From Malacoraja senta (lineage: Eukaryota): DNA of 64,000 nt. The stretch covers positions 12,400,001 to 12,464,000 of the forward strand of contig CM075980.1 in assembly GCA_038087875.1 (NCBI GenBank). The letters are read 5' to 3'. The translations under genes were made by a program, and so were the position numbers. The notes below the pieces were generated by a model. It saw only the letters and a list, made by a program, of their open reading frames with translations, did no database searches and was not told the origin of the DNA. Of this stretch, positions 14,049 through 27,311 are shown piece by piece; position 1 is the first letter of the stretch; the number at the start of each line of letters is the position of its first letter.

Positions 14049-15679
14049 TAGGACGAATGGTAATCAAAGAAAGCTGCAGATTCTGAAAGCCTGAAATAAA
14101 ATCAGAAAATATTGGAAACTTAGCGGATCAGTTGAGACGAAAGGAGTTAACATTTCAGGTCATGTATAATGTAGGAGCTTTTTAGCAATGGGGGTATAGC
14201 ACTTGATACTGGTAGATTGTAGAGAAGGGCAGAATGTACATTTATGCCCTTGATCCAGGGTTATCAGTGAATTAGCAACCAATGGATTGGAAATTCATCT
14301 CTCTGAAATTACTGGGTGGTTTGTTGTCAGACAGCCTAGTTGTTGAAGTACGTATTTCAGATCCTGTGAAGCGGGGCCAGAGGTTCTCACTCTTACTGTG
14401 CCCCACTTACATGAATGGACATTTTGAACAAAAATGAAATAGAAATGCCTGAATCACTGTATATCCACAAGTAAGTGCAATCCTCACAATTGATGAGATA
14501 AAGGAACTTGCAGCGTTTCATCAAATTCTTATGAGAAGTGGGATGGGGAAAGTACTTGCCGGTATCTGTGGGCACCAGTGATCTTATGGCAGACGGTGGT
14601 TTGATGGTTTGAACCTTGAAATGGGCAAAGTTTGATGAAGGGCATTACCCGATTTAACATATTTTCTGCACCTAAGGGACCAAGGCTTAGGACAATTTGG
14701 CACAGGCTAAAATTTCTCCTTTTCACCCGGAAAACCACTGGCACGAAGGCTGGGACATCTACCCTGTGGACCTGCACTAGGTTAAACCTGGCACTAGGAT
14801 GGTGGTTCCATCAAAAGCAATGGGAAGAAAGACTGTTGACATCATTGCAAAACACTGTAGATATTGGAAATACTGAGCAGGTCCAGCAGCACCAGTGGAA
14901 AGAGAAACAGACTATGGTTCTGGTTGGTAACCAGTTATCATATCTGCAAAAAACAAATTGTCGTTCTGCAAGTCACTGCATCAGTGCAGTGTTACTTTTA
15001 GTTTTGGTGCAGCAGCTGTGATATGTGTAAATGACTCAGTAATCCAGTAATATCTGTGTGGATAAGGGTCAAGTCCCTGTGGGAAATACATTACCGGAAA
15101 ATCCTTGGCTCCTCTGAGCACATGCTTGTTCTCATTTATGGGCTCCTTTCTGCTCTTCATGTTTTATTATTAATGTTTTATGTGCCATTCCTCACTGTCA
15201 CTGTGTCATGTTGTCACTTGCGGCGGAGCACCAAGGCAAATTCCTTGTATGTGACTACTTGGCCAATAAACTTATTTATTCATTCATTCATAATCTTACA
15301 TCTATTTTGACAGATTCCCAGATCCTCCTCTTTCCCTTGTTGCATGTTAGGCTATTTCATTTCCCAATTCACTTACTTTGACCTGTTAAAATAAGCAACT
15401 CAATTTCCTTTATTGATTTTTGCATTTAATTTCTTGTTACCATTAAGCTTATTGTGGGACAGGCATCTTATTTTTATTGTTCAATTGGAAGTGAAAGTTG
15501 AACAGCTACGGTACACAATTGCTCAATGGCAGCTTCATGCTTAGTTGATGAACACCAATGTTAAGCCCTTAAAACTGTCAAATTGTAGAAGCCATTGTCC
15601 ATCAAGACTTTGGTTGACTATGGAATGGGATGGTACTGCCGGAACACGGCATTTTACTGTATTATTTTGTTTTGCACAG

Positions 15680-15904
15680 GATCTGCACACCAACAGCCCT
15701 CGCTACATGAAGGGCTCATACAATGACTTCAGTTTTATCACAAACAACAACAAGGGAGGGGTTACGATGCGGAAAGGAGAGCACCTAGGCGAGTTCAACT
15801 TGGGCTCCACCATCGTTCTCATCTTCGAGGCACCAAAAGACTTCACCTTTAACCTTAAACCTGGACAGAAGATCAGGTTTGGAGAGGCGCTCGGGTCCAT
15901 CTAG
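15680..15904 (+). CDS. PISD: PISD last coding exon (225 nt incl. TAG) with the LGST autocleavage/pyruvoyl motif (15800-15811)
   Basis: ttgcacag|GAT...ATC TAG. Encodes [61 protein letters not shown]. Confidence 0.97.
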   Translation, partial: DLHTNSPRYMKGSYNDFSFITNNNKGGVTMRKGEHLGEFNLGSTIVLIFEAPKDFTFNLKPGQKIRFGEALGSI

Positions 15905-16434
15905 TAGAATCACTGTCAAAACATCTCAAATTGGAATGGAGTAACGAGGAGGAAGTTCAGACTGGGAAATATGAGAAATTGCCATAACGAAATATGGTTT
16001 CAGTTCTGGCTGCTCCTCTCGTCATTACTGCAGAAGCATCTCCCACAGCCTCCATCTAAGGGAGCAGCTGGACCACGACTGGCGCAACGGTTTCCTTTGA
16101 AACATGTACTGACCCTACCCAGTCACTCCTTTAAATAGGAAGCTGATGGGAGGATAGGGTTTGGAACATGTGCAGTGCCATACTTTCCGTGCAAAGAAGA
16201 AACCTGGCAGGTCACCAGGATTAAAAGAACTTTGAGAGATGAACTGAGTTTTTAGGGCCCAAGTCAAAATGGGCTTAGCAAGGGGATCCCATAGAACATT
16301 GCAGGAGTTGGTGATGCAAGAATGTTTGCTGAATAGCTCCATGCAGGTGAACAAGTGGGTCATTCTAACTTAGTTCGTGCAGTATTTTTATATCCTTAAG
16401 AAAAAAAATTCTCATCCAACTACATTTCAGAGAA

Positions 16435-16440
16435 AATAAA
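16435..16440 (+). terminator. PISD: candidate proximal PISD polyadenylation signal
   Basis: First AATAAA downstream of the PISD stop; T-rich tract at ~16477-16487. Confidence 0.4.
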
Positions 16441-17336
16441 ATAACGACTGTACCAAAACCTACTGCTGCTGAACTCCTTTTGTTTTCTAACGCTGAGGGC
16501 AGAAATGCTAAAACTTGAGTGCTGTCTTGTGTTGTAAGTGTTTATTGAGACATCAGTTTTGTGGGTGGGGTGAACAAATGAGGGTAGAGTGAAAAAAGCA
16601 AAATCGGGTGCAAGGTGTGAAACAAGTCACTGATTAGGATTTAATATCCAAATAATGGAGATGAATTTATATTTTTATAAATTCATAATTTGGCTTCAGC
16701 CATGGTTAAGCTGCTGCGTTGGTGATCCATCCTCTATGCTGTATCTCAGTCTGAGCCAAGGGGAATGACCAGAGTGACTGACCTTGTTTTGTAGACCTCG
16801 ATGACAGCATGTAAGAAATAGTGTAACATTGAAGACAATAGAACTGGCATTGTAGGGTCCCTACAATATCCAAGAGACAATTATTTATTGTTCTCTCTTT
16901 TACTTTAAATGCATAATCATGTAATTAAACGAGGTTTCAAAACATGGAGGCAAACCACAGGTTGTTGAATTTTCCCAGAGTGTCAGCATGCTTTTATATC
17001 AAACCACCACCAAAGTTAACAGTGTTGCTAAATTCTGCTGGTACTGGTGAAATCTGCATGTTCTGAAAATCACTATTTCAGTTATTGGCTTCAGCACTAA
17101 ACCAATGGCCATAACAAATGCTATTTTGAAGCTAGAAACACTTCCATTAGATTCTCTTCCACAGTTTGGTGGCAAACATCTTACCTGCAGCATTAGAAGG
17201 AACAGGAGATTTATGACAATTGTTGGTTAACAGTATTTTTTTTGTGATGTTTTTATAATTCAGGAGTGTCTGGTTCAAACCTGCTGCTATTGACTGCAGG
17301 ATTATTTTCATGTGGAATGGTGAACAGTGACCAAGG

Positions 17337-17342
17337 AATAAA
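17337..17342 (+). terminator. PISD: candidate distal PISD polyadenylation signal
   Basis: AATAAA followed ~20 nt later by (ATTT)4 and then T/GT-rich sequence. Confidence 0.5.
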
Positions 17343-17363
17343 ATGAATTAGTATTTCACAAGA

Positions 17364-17377
17364 TTTATTTATTTATT
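17364..17377 (-). terminator. SFI1: candidate SFI1 polyadenylation signal (three overlapping AATAAA on -)
   Basis: TTTATTTATTTATT on +; the first canonical AATAAA I find on - downstream of the SFI1 stop at 18106. Confidence 0.5.
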
Positions 17378-18105
17378 TGAGAATTGCTATAAAATTTTCT
17401 TCTTGCTTTGGTATGAAATCTTGAGTGCATGATTGATTTTGTGCGTGCGTCATTGTCCATCATTTGAGATTGCTGGTGAAAGTTTGGAAATCTCAACGTT
17501 CTGCCACGTGTTCCCTTGGGCAGTTTCTCCATTTGCGCCCTTGTCTTGCACTCATTGTGGATTGAGAATTAATCTTGGTTCATGCAGTTGCTTCACCACA
17601 GGAATCCTCTAGTGAAAGCAAGCAAGAGGGGGGTTGGAAGCAAAGGTGTTATACACTTTATATTAAAAGTGTTTTATAAATTATAGTAATCAATTTGAGA
17701 ATTTGGTTAAGTATTATCACTGAAATGCTGCACTGGGCCACTGCAAAAGATGTAGTTGTCACAGCTATGTATGTTAGTCCACACAGTTAGACATTTACAT
17801 GTGCTTTATATTTTTACATGTTATTTTGACATAAACTACAGGCTTTGAAAAAAAACAACTCCTGTACTCTCGTTCCTTAGATGTCTCATGACCTCACGTA
17901 GTTCAGATGATATACGTAAATCTGTTCATTGCACGATGAAGACTCCAGAAACATTTCAGATAATTTGCTGCTTCCACGATTGCATCCCAAAAATCAGGCC
18001 CTGAGGTGGGAGGAATTCCAGATGCAAGCAAACTGCTTGTGATTGAAGAAACAAGTTTCCTTATGCATCAATAAAGATTGCAATTTGCTTTGGTGATAGA
18101 TACCA

Positions 18106-18213
18106 TCACACAGTCAGGATCTCCCGAATCTCCTGCACTCTGGCAACCTGGTGCTGTATATGGGACGTGTCTCTCTTCAGCTTCATCGAAAGCGTTTTGA
18201 TGTCTATCTCCAG
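18106..18213 (-). CDS. SFI1: SFI1 last coding exon (108 nt incl. TGA)
   Basis: ttcacttcaag|CTG...GTG TGA. Encodes LEIDIKTLSMKLKRDTSHIQHQVARVQEIREILTV*, similar to the mammalian SFI1 C-terminus (..VARIQALRQALC). AAG acceptor. Confidence 0.85.
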   Translation of the reverse strand: MEIDIKTLSMKLKRDTSHIQHQVARVQEIREILTV

Positions 18214-20440
18214 CTTGAAGTGAACATAAGAATAAAGTCAAAGCCTCTCACCACATCAAGAATCAAAGTTTAGCCCACATTCTGATTACATATCCAGTAT
18301 TTGAATAGTGTTTCTTGGAATAAACATGGCATACATGCAAAGATATGGTGCTGAGTGTAATTTAAGTGAATTATGAAAAGTTGAGGCATTATATCAGTGA
18401 TGCTTTTCCGGGCAATATCAAATAGCAGGAAATTAATAACCACAGCCAAGGTTGGTTCATGCAGAAGGACAAGCATTAGAAATTCTGTAAACTTAGCAAT
18501 CAAGTTGGATGCATGTGTGGGGGGGAAGATGGATCCATCTCCAATACCATGCAGGTGTCCACTGTCAATTTACTATGTGCATTTTTTTTCAATATTAAAC
18601 ATCATGCTGAATATAAATTCTAATTAAAAACCGTACCAAAAGGCTTTCTCACTGGGGCCGCATCAGATGTAAGGTGTTCTGTTACACTATGTAATGACAC
18701 AACTCTCACAGTAACATGACTGCTGAAGTAAGCTTGACATGTTTGGAGCAGTCCATTATGGAAGAGGAAGTAGATGATGCAATCTGTACATCCCATGTAC
18801 AGGGGTCTGGGACCATATCTGAAGCATCATGTATAGTTGGGTCATCTTATGTAAAAGTGGGATTTGCTTGCATTGGAGGCAGTTCAGGAAAAGTCAACAA
18901 GCTTTGTAGTAAAGCAAAAATAAAACCACGGGTGCTCTAAACATTTAGTTGCTGCATTCCATTTTCTCTCTTCTATTCTTATTGATCTCCCTCTATTTAC
19001 ATCTACACACAGATCAGCTGTCCCTAACAAGTCTTCACCACCCTCTCTAAGCCAGCAACACCACCACTTAAATGTCATTCAATCCCTCCTGGTCTTGACC
19101 TTGTCAAACCCTCTGTACTTTCCACCCACCCTATCTATGCTGTTCCTTCACCATTGCTGTGTCAAAATCCAACACTGTGGGTATACTCCACAGCTCCAGT
19201 ACTGCGGCAGCTTGCCACCACCTTCGCAAGGGCAACTAGGAATGGGCAATTGAACACTGTCTTGTCTGGCTAAGCCAACATCCCTTGACTATTTCTTTAC
19301 CCCTGTTAATTTTATAAACCTCTGCTATGTCACCTCCAATATTCCAGTGAGAATAAACCCAACCCATCATGTCCACTATCTTGTTATAACTGCAGCCTAT
19401 GTTCCAGCAGTGAAATTTTGTAGCGATAGTCTCACAGGATGGAAACAGGCCCTTCGGCCCAACTCGGCCATGCTGACCAAGATGCCCCATTTTAACAAAT
19501 CCGATTTTCAATATACAATAGCCAGAAAGAGACGGATAAGAAAAATAGTGGTAGGAAATAACAGCTATAGCATAATTTTGCTACTGTGGTTTGGGGCCTA
19601 ACAAGGGAAAATGTGAGAAGTATCACCACCCAGCCCAACCCATTCCCTCCCGCAAAATCTGCTTCCTCCTTACATACAGGAAGTACTACATTGTATTATC
19701 AAAAATTTTAAGCCATCTGAATAGTTCCTGAAATCATCTGTAAGACACGTTTGACCTTTCAAGCACTGCTTTTCCCTCTCTGAGATTCTGCTGCGTCAGT
19801 AACTGCCTGCTGAATAGCTTTAGCATTGTGTGGTATCCTTTTGTGTTCCTGCTGTTTTGGAATCAAATCTGCTTGGCAGTGAACTGACTATGTCTGCTGC
19901 TGGCAATGAAGGGAATGAGGGTTTTGCACTATGTTCATTTTTTTTCTTTGTCTGCCTGATGCAACACAGCTGCAGGGAATGGCACATTTACAATCCATCC
20001 CCACAGTCCTTCAATGTCCGATAAGCAGAGTTTTTCTGCTGCAGTGGACTGGAACCAGAGAGTGGACCATAAATCACAGTCCAGCGTTCCTGCTATTGTC
20101 TGTAGCTCCATCTCCACTGTCAGCACTTAACAGACAGAGATAATGATAAATCCCATCAATTGACAATAGATTAAAACCGAAATACACCACTGCAAAGCAT
20201 AAACAATCGCGATCAGATCCTCCAGTAAAACAAAAACCGGTAAGTCTCTACAGAATATACATAACGCACACCAGGAACAAAGATGTATAGAAATAGTTCC
20301 CCTATTATAAGCCCTTCCTCCTTCCTACACTGAGTTACATCCCCGTGGCCACTGGTTGCTGACTTTACCCCAACAACAGCTGTATTATGCTGCTGGGATG
20401 TGATGACTAGTTTTCTCCTCAAGCACATCCTTATTCTTGG

Positions 20441-21560
20441 AGGAACAAGAGATTGCAGATGTTGCAATCTGGAACAAAAAAGCAGAGCTGCTGGAGGAGT
20501 TCAGTGGAGCAGGCAGCATCTTTGTGGGGAAATGGACTGTCAACATTTAGGGACGAGGCCTTTCATCTGGACTGAAAGATTAGAAAGGAAATAACCAGTA
20601 TAAAGAGTTGGGGGACAAAGGTTGTCAAGTGATAGATTGGAACAAGTGAGGTGGAAGTTCATTGGCAGATAAGTCAGGTGGGGGAGAGGAGGGTGGAGAT
20701 AGCAACAGAGACAGATAAGTGAACAATAAAAGTGCAAATTCTGGAATCTGATGGGAAAGGAAAGTAAATGGAATCAAATAAGGGTGGCTTGTGGCAGATG
20801 GGAACAACAGAGGGAGGGGATCCTGTGGGAGGTGTGTGGGTGATGGGTAGGTGGGGTTATTGTAGGAAGTAGTGGGCATGTGATAGGACCAGGCTGGATG
20901 AGAAGTGAGAAGGAATTCAATGTTGATGCAATGCCCGACAGGACTGTGGGAATGGAGAGGGGAATTAAAATGCAGACAACCAGCAGACACAGAACACAGG
21001 CACTTGGTAAATCTGTCTCACCAATGTACAGCGGGCCACATTGAGATCACCAAATGCAACCGATGTTTAGGTTGTAGGAAGGAAGTGTGGGGACAGCTGT
21101 TACACCGTCTACGTTTGCAGAAGAAAGCGCTTGGGGAAGGGAGGGATGAGCAAACCAGGGAGTCACAGACCGGGTTATCACTGAGGAAAGCAGGAAGGGA
21201 TAGGGAAGGGCAGATGTTAATGGTGGTGGGATCACGTTGTGGCCGGCAGAATTGTTGACGAATGATGTGCTGGATGCAGAAGCTGGTGGGCTGACAGGTA
21301 AGGACTAAGGAATCTCTGCTCCTATGGGAAGGTGGGGTGAGAGGGTGCAGGACATAAAGGAGATACAGTAGAGGCGATGGTTAACCACTGGGTGTGGAAC
21401 AGCATTTCCTGAAATAGCAAGACATTTCTGATTTCCTGGAGTGAAAAGCCTTATCTTGAGAACTGACCTGGCAAAAGAAAAAGCATGAGAAAGGTATGGC
21501 ATCCTCAGAAGAGATCAGGAGATGTGGTCTATGTAGCTGTGGGTTAATTGGTTTGTGCTA
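20441..21560 (-). mobile_element. Penelope-like element 3' remnant (degenerate)
   Basis: Same tail (CAGATGCTGCCTG..CTGAxTTCCTCCAGCA), decayed hammerhead core at ~20537-20573, and pyrimidine-rich tract as the other PLE copies. Confidence 0.6.
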
Positions 21561-21930
21561 GATCCTCATTCTAAATGTCAACTTTCCAGAAAGATTGTGT
21601 TGGGACAATGTTGCACGAAGTCTTCCCAGTTTCTGCATCCTCTAAAGCATGACCACAACTAGCTGATCATTGGCCATATCAACCCATTTCTCGTGTTACA
21701 TTTTTTTCAACATTAGTCCAATTTTTGCTCTCAAGTGACTAAGTCTGAACTGGGAACCAGATATTAATGTAGGGACTAGTTCTCTTCCTTCAACAGTTGT
21801 CTGCCTCTTACTGAAGGGAATTCAAGATGGAAAGATATACCTCTACATGATTAAGTAATATCTGTAAAACGTTAAATGTTTTAATCCCAGTCTATTCAAT
21901 GGATCAGCTGTTGGACTGGCGGTGATTTAC

Positions 21931-22027
21931 CTGCTTTAGTTCCTGCCTCATCTGTGGCGCTTCTCCATCTTCTGTTGCATTTACCTGAAGCCAATTCTGT
22001 AGCACAGAAGCCTGTTTCTGCCAGATC
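21931..22027 (-). CDS. SFI1: SFI1 coding exon (97 nt, phase 2-0)
   Basis: ctctgcag|G ATC...CAG|gtaaat. Encodes (R)IWQKQASVLQNWLQVNATEDGEAPQMRQELKQ, similar to SFI1 RRQASSLRRWLELN..QKELEQ. Confidence 0.88.
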
Positions 22028-23974
22028 CTGCAGAGAAACACAATGGAACGCTTATTTCCATATTTCCTTATGATAAAGGTTCAGTTCCAGCTTACAAAGC
22101 AATCCCTGTTGCCTCACTAATTTTGCTTGCCCCAATGAGGTAATATTCTTACCCCATTCCCATCAATTTTATTACTTACTACACACCACAGCATTCAAAT
22201 TTCCAAAGATTGTCCCTAGTGTGTAGGATAGAACTAATGCACAGGTGATCGTTGGTCAGCGCGGACTTGGTGGGTCGAAGGGCCTGTTTTCCACACCATA
22301 TCTCTAAACTAAATGTATAGTGGCCAATTAACTTATCAACCAGCACTTCTTTGGCATATGGGTGGAAATCACACGGTCACAAAGAGATCTTCAAACGCCA
22401 AGTAGACAGCAGCCGTGATCAGAAATAAACCATGAGGCAGCATCTACACGGAACTGCTAAGCATCGTTTTCAATAATTTCATTTCAGGCAGCATTGTTAA
22501 ATGCAGATTAACGTTTTATCCACACTGCCAAACCATGGGATGTCCAGAAGGATATGCATTAAATTGCATTAATAGGAGAGTTGAAGCAGTCCACCTTGTA
22601 ATAAGCGATTTTGATCTAGTCTATAATTGATCTCAAAAGCAAGAAGTTGCATCTACACTGGAGTCCTGAGTTGTCAAGTCACTGAGTATGCGAGTGATAC
22701 TTGGATACCAGCCAACATAAAACACCAGATTATCTGCCTGTACCAGAAAATATATTTACAGAGCTGTTCACCGTAGAAATTTATTTCACCTGTGTATTGT
22801 GAGGCTAAATAATCTATTTTGAGCATAACTGGGGCCAGGTGACACCTTTATATACCCATAAAATAAAAGTATTCAAGTCAAAGTCACCTTCAAAAGTGTG
22901 CTGATTTTCTACAAATCTTAACAAAGGGGAACCTGTCCCTGTTTACTCAAGATATTTGATTATTGTTGACTTATTTTTTATTGGAATCAATCAACTTATT
23001 CTCTTCCAAAATGGGAACCTGGAAAGGATGGATGTGTCCAGAGAAAATGATTAGAAAATCTTGAAATATATTCTTGGCAGAATCAAATGTTGGGAACAGA
23101 GCCTCAAAAAGTGGACACATGACCAGAAGTGTCAGAAACAGATGAATGAGGTAATTAAGGCGTTAAAAAAAGAACATGACTGAACAATGCTAAAATTTTA
23201 CTGAGAAGATCAAAGAGATTCAATGAACTGGCCAAAAAGCCTATCACAACTACAAAAGTAGCAGTAGAGATCGGGACAAGAAGATGATGAGAACAATTAA
23301 ACATTTTTCTAAAACTAATAATTCCTGGCTTTGGAAGGAGAGTAATAGAAACTTACAAGACTGATAGCCGGATAAAGGTAATCAGTCATTGGAGAAACAC
23401 TGCAAAATGTCCTTCATGGAGCAAAGGCATACATTAATAATGAGGCGAATCGAAGCAGACCTAAACAGAATGGGATTACTGGGGGGAGTACGTGTGGGAC
23501 AGCTAGTCATTCTGCTTTTAACTAGAGAGATTGAGACAGTGGAAGAGACTTAATGATGATTTTGTAAATGAGTTTAGACATATCTGCATCTTGCAGGGAC
23601 TCAAAAGGAAGATTTAAGAGAGAGTATTTCCTGACCATACAGGTCTGACTGCATGTGACTATGGAAAGGGAAACAGAATTAAGGCCAAAGAATCTTTGTC
23701 AAAACAGTGTTAATGAGAAAAACAAGTTACCTGTGAAAGGGCAAGGCTGGCATTGCTGTGGGGATCAGTAGAGGTTGATGGGTTAATTGCAGCAATTAGA
23801 GTGATAATACAAAGGAGTGTAAAAGGTTCAGGCTGAGCTGTTGGGCACACCCAGTCAGCCAGTGCTAATGAAAAAAAGACAACTAACATCACGGATGGAT
23901 GACTTTCAGTAGAAATGGTCAGTTCTAATACAAACACGAGAAACCCATTAGCCAAGGAGGAGGAAAGACACCAG

Positions 23975-24340
23975 AAACTGTTGATACTGGAATCTTGAGC
24001 AAAGATTAAATCGCTGGAGGAACTCAGCAGGTGGAGGGAACGGACCGATGATGTTTCATGGCTGGATCCTTCTTCAGACCGTTTGGACTAGGCAGAGAAA
24101 GCTTGAAGAGAGGTGGGGGTGGCGCAAAGCCTAGTAAGTGATAGGTGGATAAAGGTGAAGGGGGTAGGTGATTGGCAGATGGGTGGTGGATGGGGGAGGT
24201 ATTACTTCAAAGTGGAGAATTCAATGTTCACACCACTGAGTTGTAAGCTACGAAAACAATAGACCAGGTTGGAAGAGGTGCACATGAGTCTGTTTCACTG
24301 GAAGGAGGTAGGAGAAGAGGGACAGGCATTACATCTCCAA
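23975..24340 (-). mobile_element. Penelope-like element 3' fragment (tail, decayed hammerhead, EN end)
   Basis: Reverse complement contains CTGAAGAAGGATCCAGCCATGAAACATC (~24050-24077) and GAACATTGAATTCTCCACTTTGAAGTAA (endonuclease C-terminus MNIEFS..). Confidence 0.6.
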
Positions 24341-24344
24341 GTGG

Positions 24345-25050
24345 TTCTACTGCATTTTATGCTCCCAATGTGGTTTACTTCACATTGGCAAAACCATGGG
24401 TAAACAAGGCGACTATTTTGCCAAACACACACTCTTTCTGCCAAGCCCTGCTGGAGCTTTTACTCGCTAACCATTGCAACTCTCCATCCTATTTCCATAA
24501 AAACCTTTCTGTCCTTGGCCTCCTTAATTTACCAGAGTGAGGCCAAAAGCAAACTAGAAGAACAGCACCTCATGTTCCCTTGGGGAGCTTACAACCCAAC
24601 GGTATGAACATTAAATTCTACAATTTCAAGTAATACCCCAGCACATATTCCCCCCCTCCCACATTGCCTTACCTCACATCTTATTTCTCCCACAACCACC
24701 ATCGCCCTGCACCTTTTCTCACTCCTTTGTACACTCGTGTTCCATTCCAGAGTCCCGCAGTTTTCTTTTATTGCCTCCCTTTCTCCCCCCCGCCTGTCGT
24801 CTTCAACCCATTTCACTCCTTTTCTCTCATTGTGTTTTGTCTTATTTTCATCTCTAGTTTTTGCCACCGTCACTTCATCCACCTATTACTACCCAGGCTT
24901 GTCCCACCCCACCTCTCATTTCCAGCTTTCTCCCCCCTCCCCCCCCCCCCGCCCCCACTTCTACTAGAGGAAGTGTCCTAAACTGAAAACGTAATCCCTA
25001 CACAGATGCTGCCTGATCTACTGAGTACTTCCAGCACATTTTTTGCTTAA
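24345..25050 (+). mobile_element. Penelope-like element 3' end (GIY-YIG endonuclease remnant + tail), head-to-head with the previous copy
   Basis: Remnant frames YCILCSQCGLLHIGKT..EQHLMFPWGAYNPTV / GMNIKFYNFK; pyrimidine tract; tail CAGATGCTGCCTGATCTACTGAGTACTTCCAGCA. Confidence 0.7.
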
Positions 25051-25089
25051 GGGAACCTGGAATATGCGTCTGATATATTATTTGAGCTG

Positions 25090-25960
25090 ACAGAAATATG
25101 GCAAAAGATGTTCTGATGAATGCAGGAGCTGGTGGGGTGGAAGATGGAGATAAGGGAAACACTATCTTTGCAATGTCCAGGGGGAAAGGGGATGAGAGCA
25201 GAGGTGAACAAATAGACGAGACACAGTTGAGCGCTCTATCAACTATGGTACAGATGAGGCCACAGTTCAGGAACATAGAAGATATCTCAGAGACTCCTGG
25301 ATGGAAAGTCTCATCGTCAGAGTGAATACAGCAGAGATGAAGGAACTGGGAGATTTTCATCAGGGCTGGTTCTCAGTACGTGGAGGGCTGGAGATTCATA
25401 TGTTATAGGTTAGAGCAAGTGAGGGAAGTTGAAATATCAAGGTGTTCAACGTCACATCAGCAGTTAGCAATGAATAGATCCAGAGAGGTTAAGAGGCCAG
25501 AGAGGTGTCCAGGTGGATCTGGTGTTCTGGAAATGCAAGAAAGAGTCGACAGTCTGGAGTGAAGATTGACTGCAGAGGCAGGGGAAGGAAGTTTGGTGCC
25601 ATGTTGAGGCTCAACTTCATCGTAGGGGCAAAGCTGAAGCCTCGGATCAATGAGGAGAAAATTTAAAGGGATAGTGACAACACAGCAGTGTATGGACCAG
25701 AAGGGAGAGATGGGGGTCAGAGGAAAGTGGAAAAGGCGAAAGGTCTGGATGGGTAACGGAGTTCAAAAATTGTTGTGAGCATGATGGCTTTGAGATAGAG
25801 TCAATTGATGTTAAAGAGAGGCGAGGAGCATACATGTTCCAACACCTGGCATCAAGGTTGGATCTGAGAATACCAAGAGAACATGTGATCTGCGGAATAG
25901 TTTAAACCTGTAAATTTGGCTGCGCCTGAATAGCGAAAGGTACAATTTCAGTTGAAATCT
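25090..25960 (-). mobile_element. Penelope-like RT-region fragment
   Basis: ORF 24998-25360(-) SQFLHLCCIHSDDETFH resembles the PLE RT C-terminal motif SQFLRLRRICSxDxxF. Boundaries approximate. Confidence 0.55.
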
Positions 25961-26399
25961 ACGTGAATAGAGTGGAGCTTAGGAAAGTAATGTGGCTGTG
26001 GAAATGCATTTTGGAAGAACACTTTGTTGAAAACAAGAGGGGAAGCACATGCCACTGAGGATGAACAAGGTAAAATGGACAGACAGATAAAAATATCCCT
26101 GAAGAGCAGAGGGGAGCTTTTTCCAAGACTGGCATTCCTGGGAGTCAAGTGGTAGTGAATTCAACATTAATGACAATCCTGGAAAAAAACCTGCAATAGC
26201 AGGAAATCTGAATTAAAACAGAAATGCTGGAAACGCTCAGCAGGTCAAGCAGCATCTTTCGTCAGAGAATCAATGTTGAAGACAGATGATGGAACAAAGA
26301 TATCTGTGATTGGGCAAGGCTAGAGGTGGATGATTTACAGAGGGAATGGCCAGTTCTGATCCAGACAGTTATCAGATGTTCTTGAGGGCAGGGGAATAA

Positions 26400-26700
26400 G
26401 GCTTGAAGGAGCAGAGACAAGGATTGGGAGAGAGGAGGAGTGTGTAGAATTTGGGGGGAAAAGTGAGAGTAGGGAGTTGAGAGAAGGGGTGCGCACGGCA
26501 GAGGGAAAGGAAGCAGGAGACAGAGTGAGGGGTAGCAGGAAGGCATAGAGAAGCGGAGTGGGTGAGGCAGAAGAAAGGGGAGCAGGAAGGGGCTAAGGGA
26601 AGGGGAGCAGAAGGAGACAGAGTGAAGGGGAGCAAGTGGAGCGAGGGAAGGGGAGTAGGGGGGCAGAGGAAAGGGAAACGGGCAGAATGTGGATGCAGGC
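26400..26700 (+). repeat. low-complexity GA/purine-rich tract
   Basis: Dense GAG/GGA/GAA repeats; a poly-G run also lies at ~26828-26849. Confidence 0.7.
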
Positions 26701-26981
26701 AAATCAACATACTGAAGGGATGTCAGCGGTGTTCTTGATCATTTTCTTCCGAATCAATAATTCCTTTGATGACATTCTATGGCTGGGTATAGAGTATCTT
26801 CTCTAGGACAGAGATGAATTTGAAGGTGGGGGGGGGGGGGGGGGGGGGGCAGGCTTCATTGCATGCCTGACCGCCCTAATGTTGGGAGAATTTGACGAGG
26901 TTGTCAGCATTTGGCCCACTTGGTTTTGCAGCTGCAGGTATTAGTAAGAGCTAAATACAGAGTGCCTCCCTGACAACCTAC

Positions 26982-27084
26982 CTGAGCTGCTGCTTGCTGT
27001 CATGGAAGCTCTGCATCTGCTGACGTATTCCATGCAGTTCAGCCTTCAGTTTACGTTGCTGATCACATTCAGCAAAGTCAGCAT
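26982..27084 (-). CDS. SFI1: SFI1 coding exon (103 nt, phase 1-2)
   Basis: ataaatcag|AT...AG|gtaggt. Encodes DADFAECDQQRKLKAELHGIRQQMQSFHDSKQQL, similar to SFI1 LEAELEEIQQQLLHYQTTKQNL. Confidence 0.9.
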
Positions 27085-27311
27085 CTGATTTATGGGAATG
27101 GAATAGAAAGGATTAATCAGAGGCAGCCCTTAAACCATCACAGCTGTCTTTCCTCTCAAAAGAATTCTGACCTTCACATTAAGCTGCAGGACACCACAGC
27201 AAAAATCTGACACACATCGCAGTCTGCATTCTGTGCAATGAGAGCGATTCGGTGAACGTACTAGATTAAAGATTAACTTATCATAGAAACATGCTCATGA
27301 TGTCAGATCGA

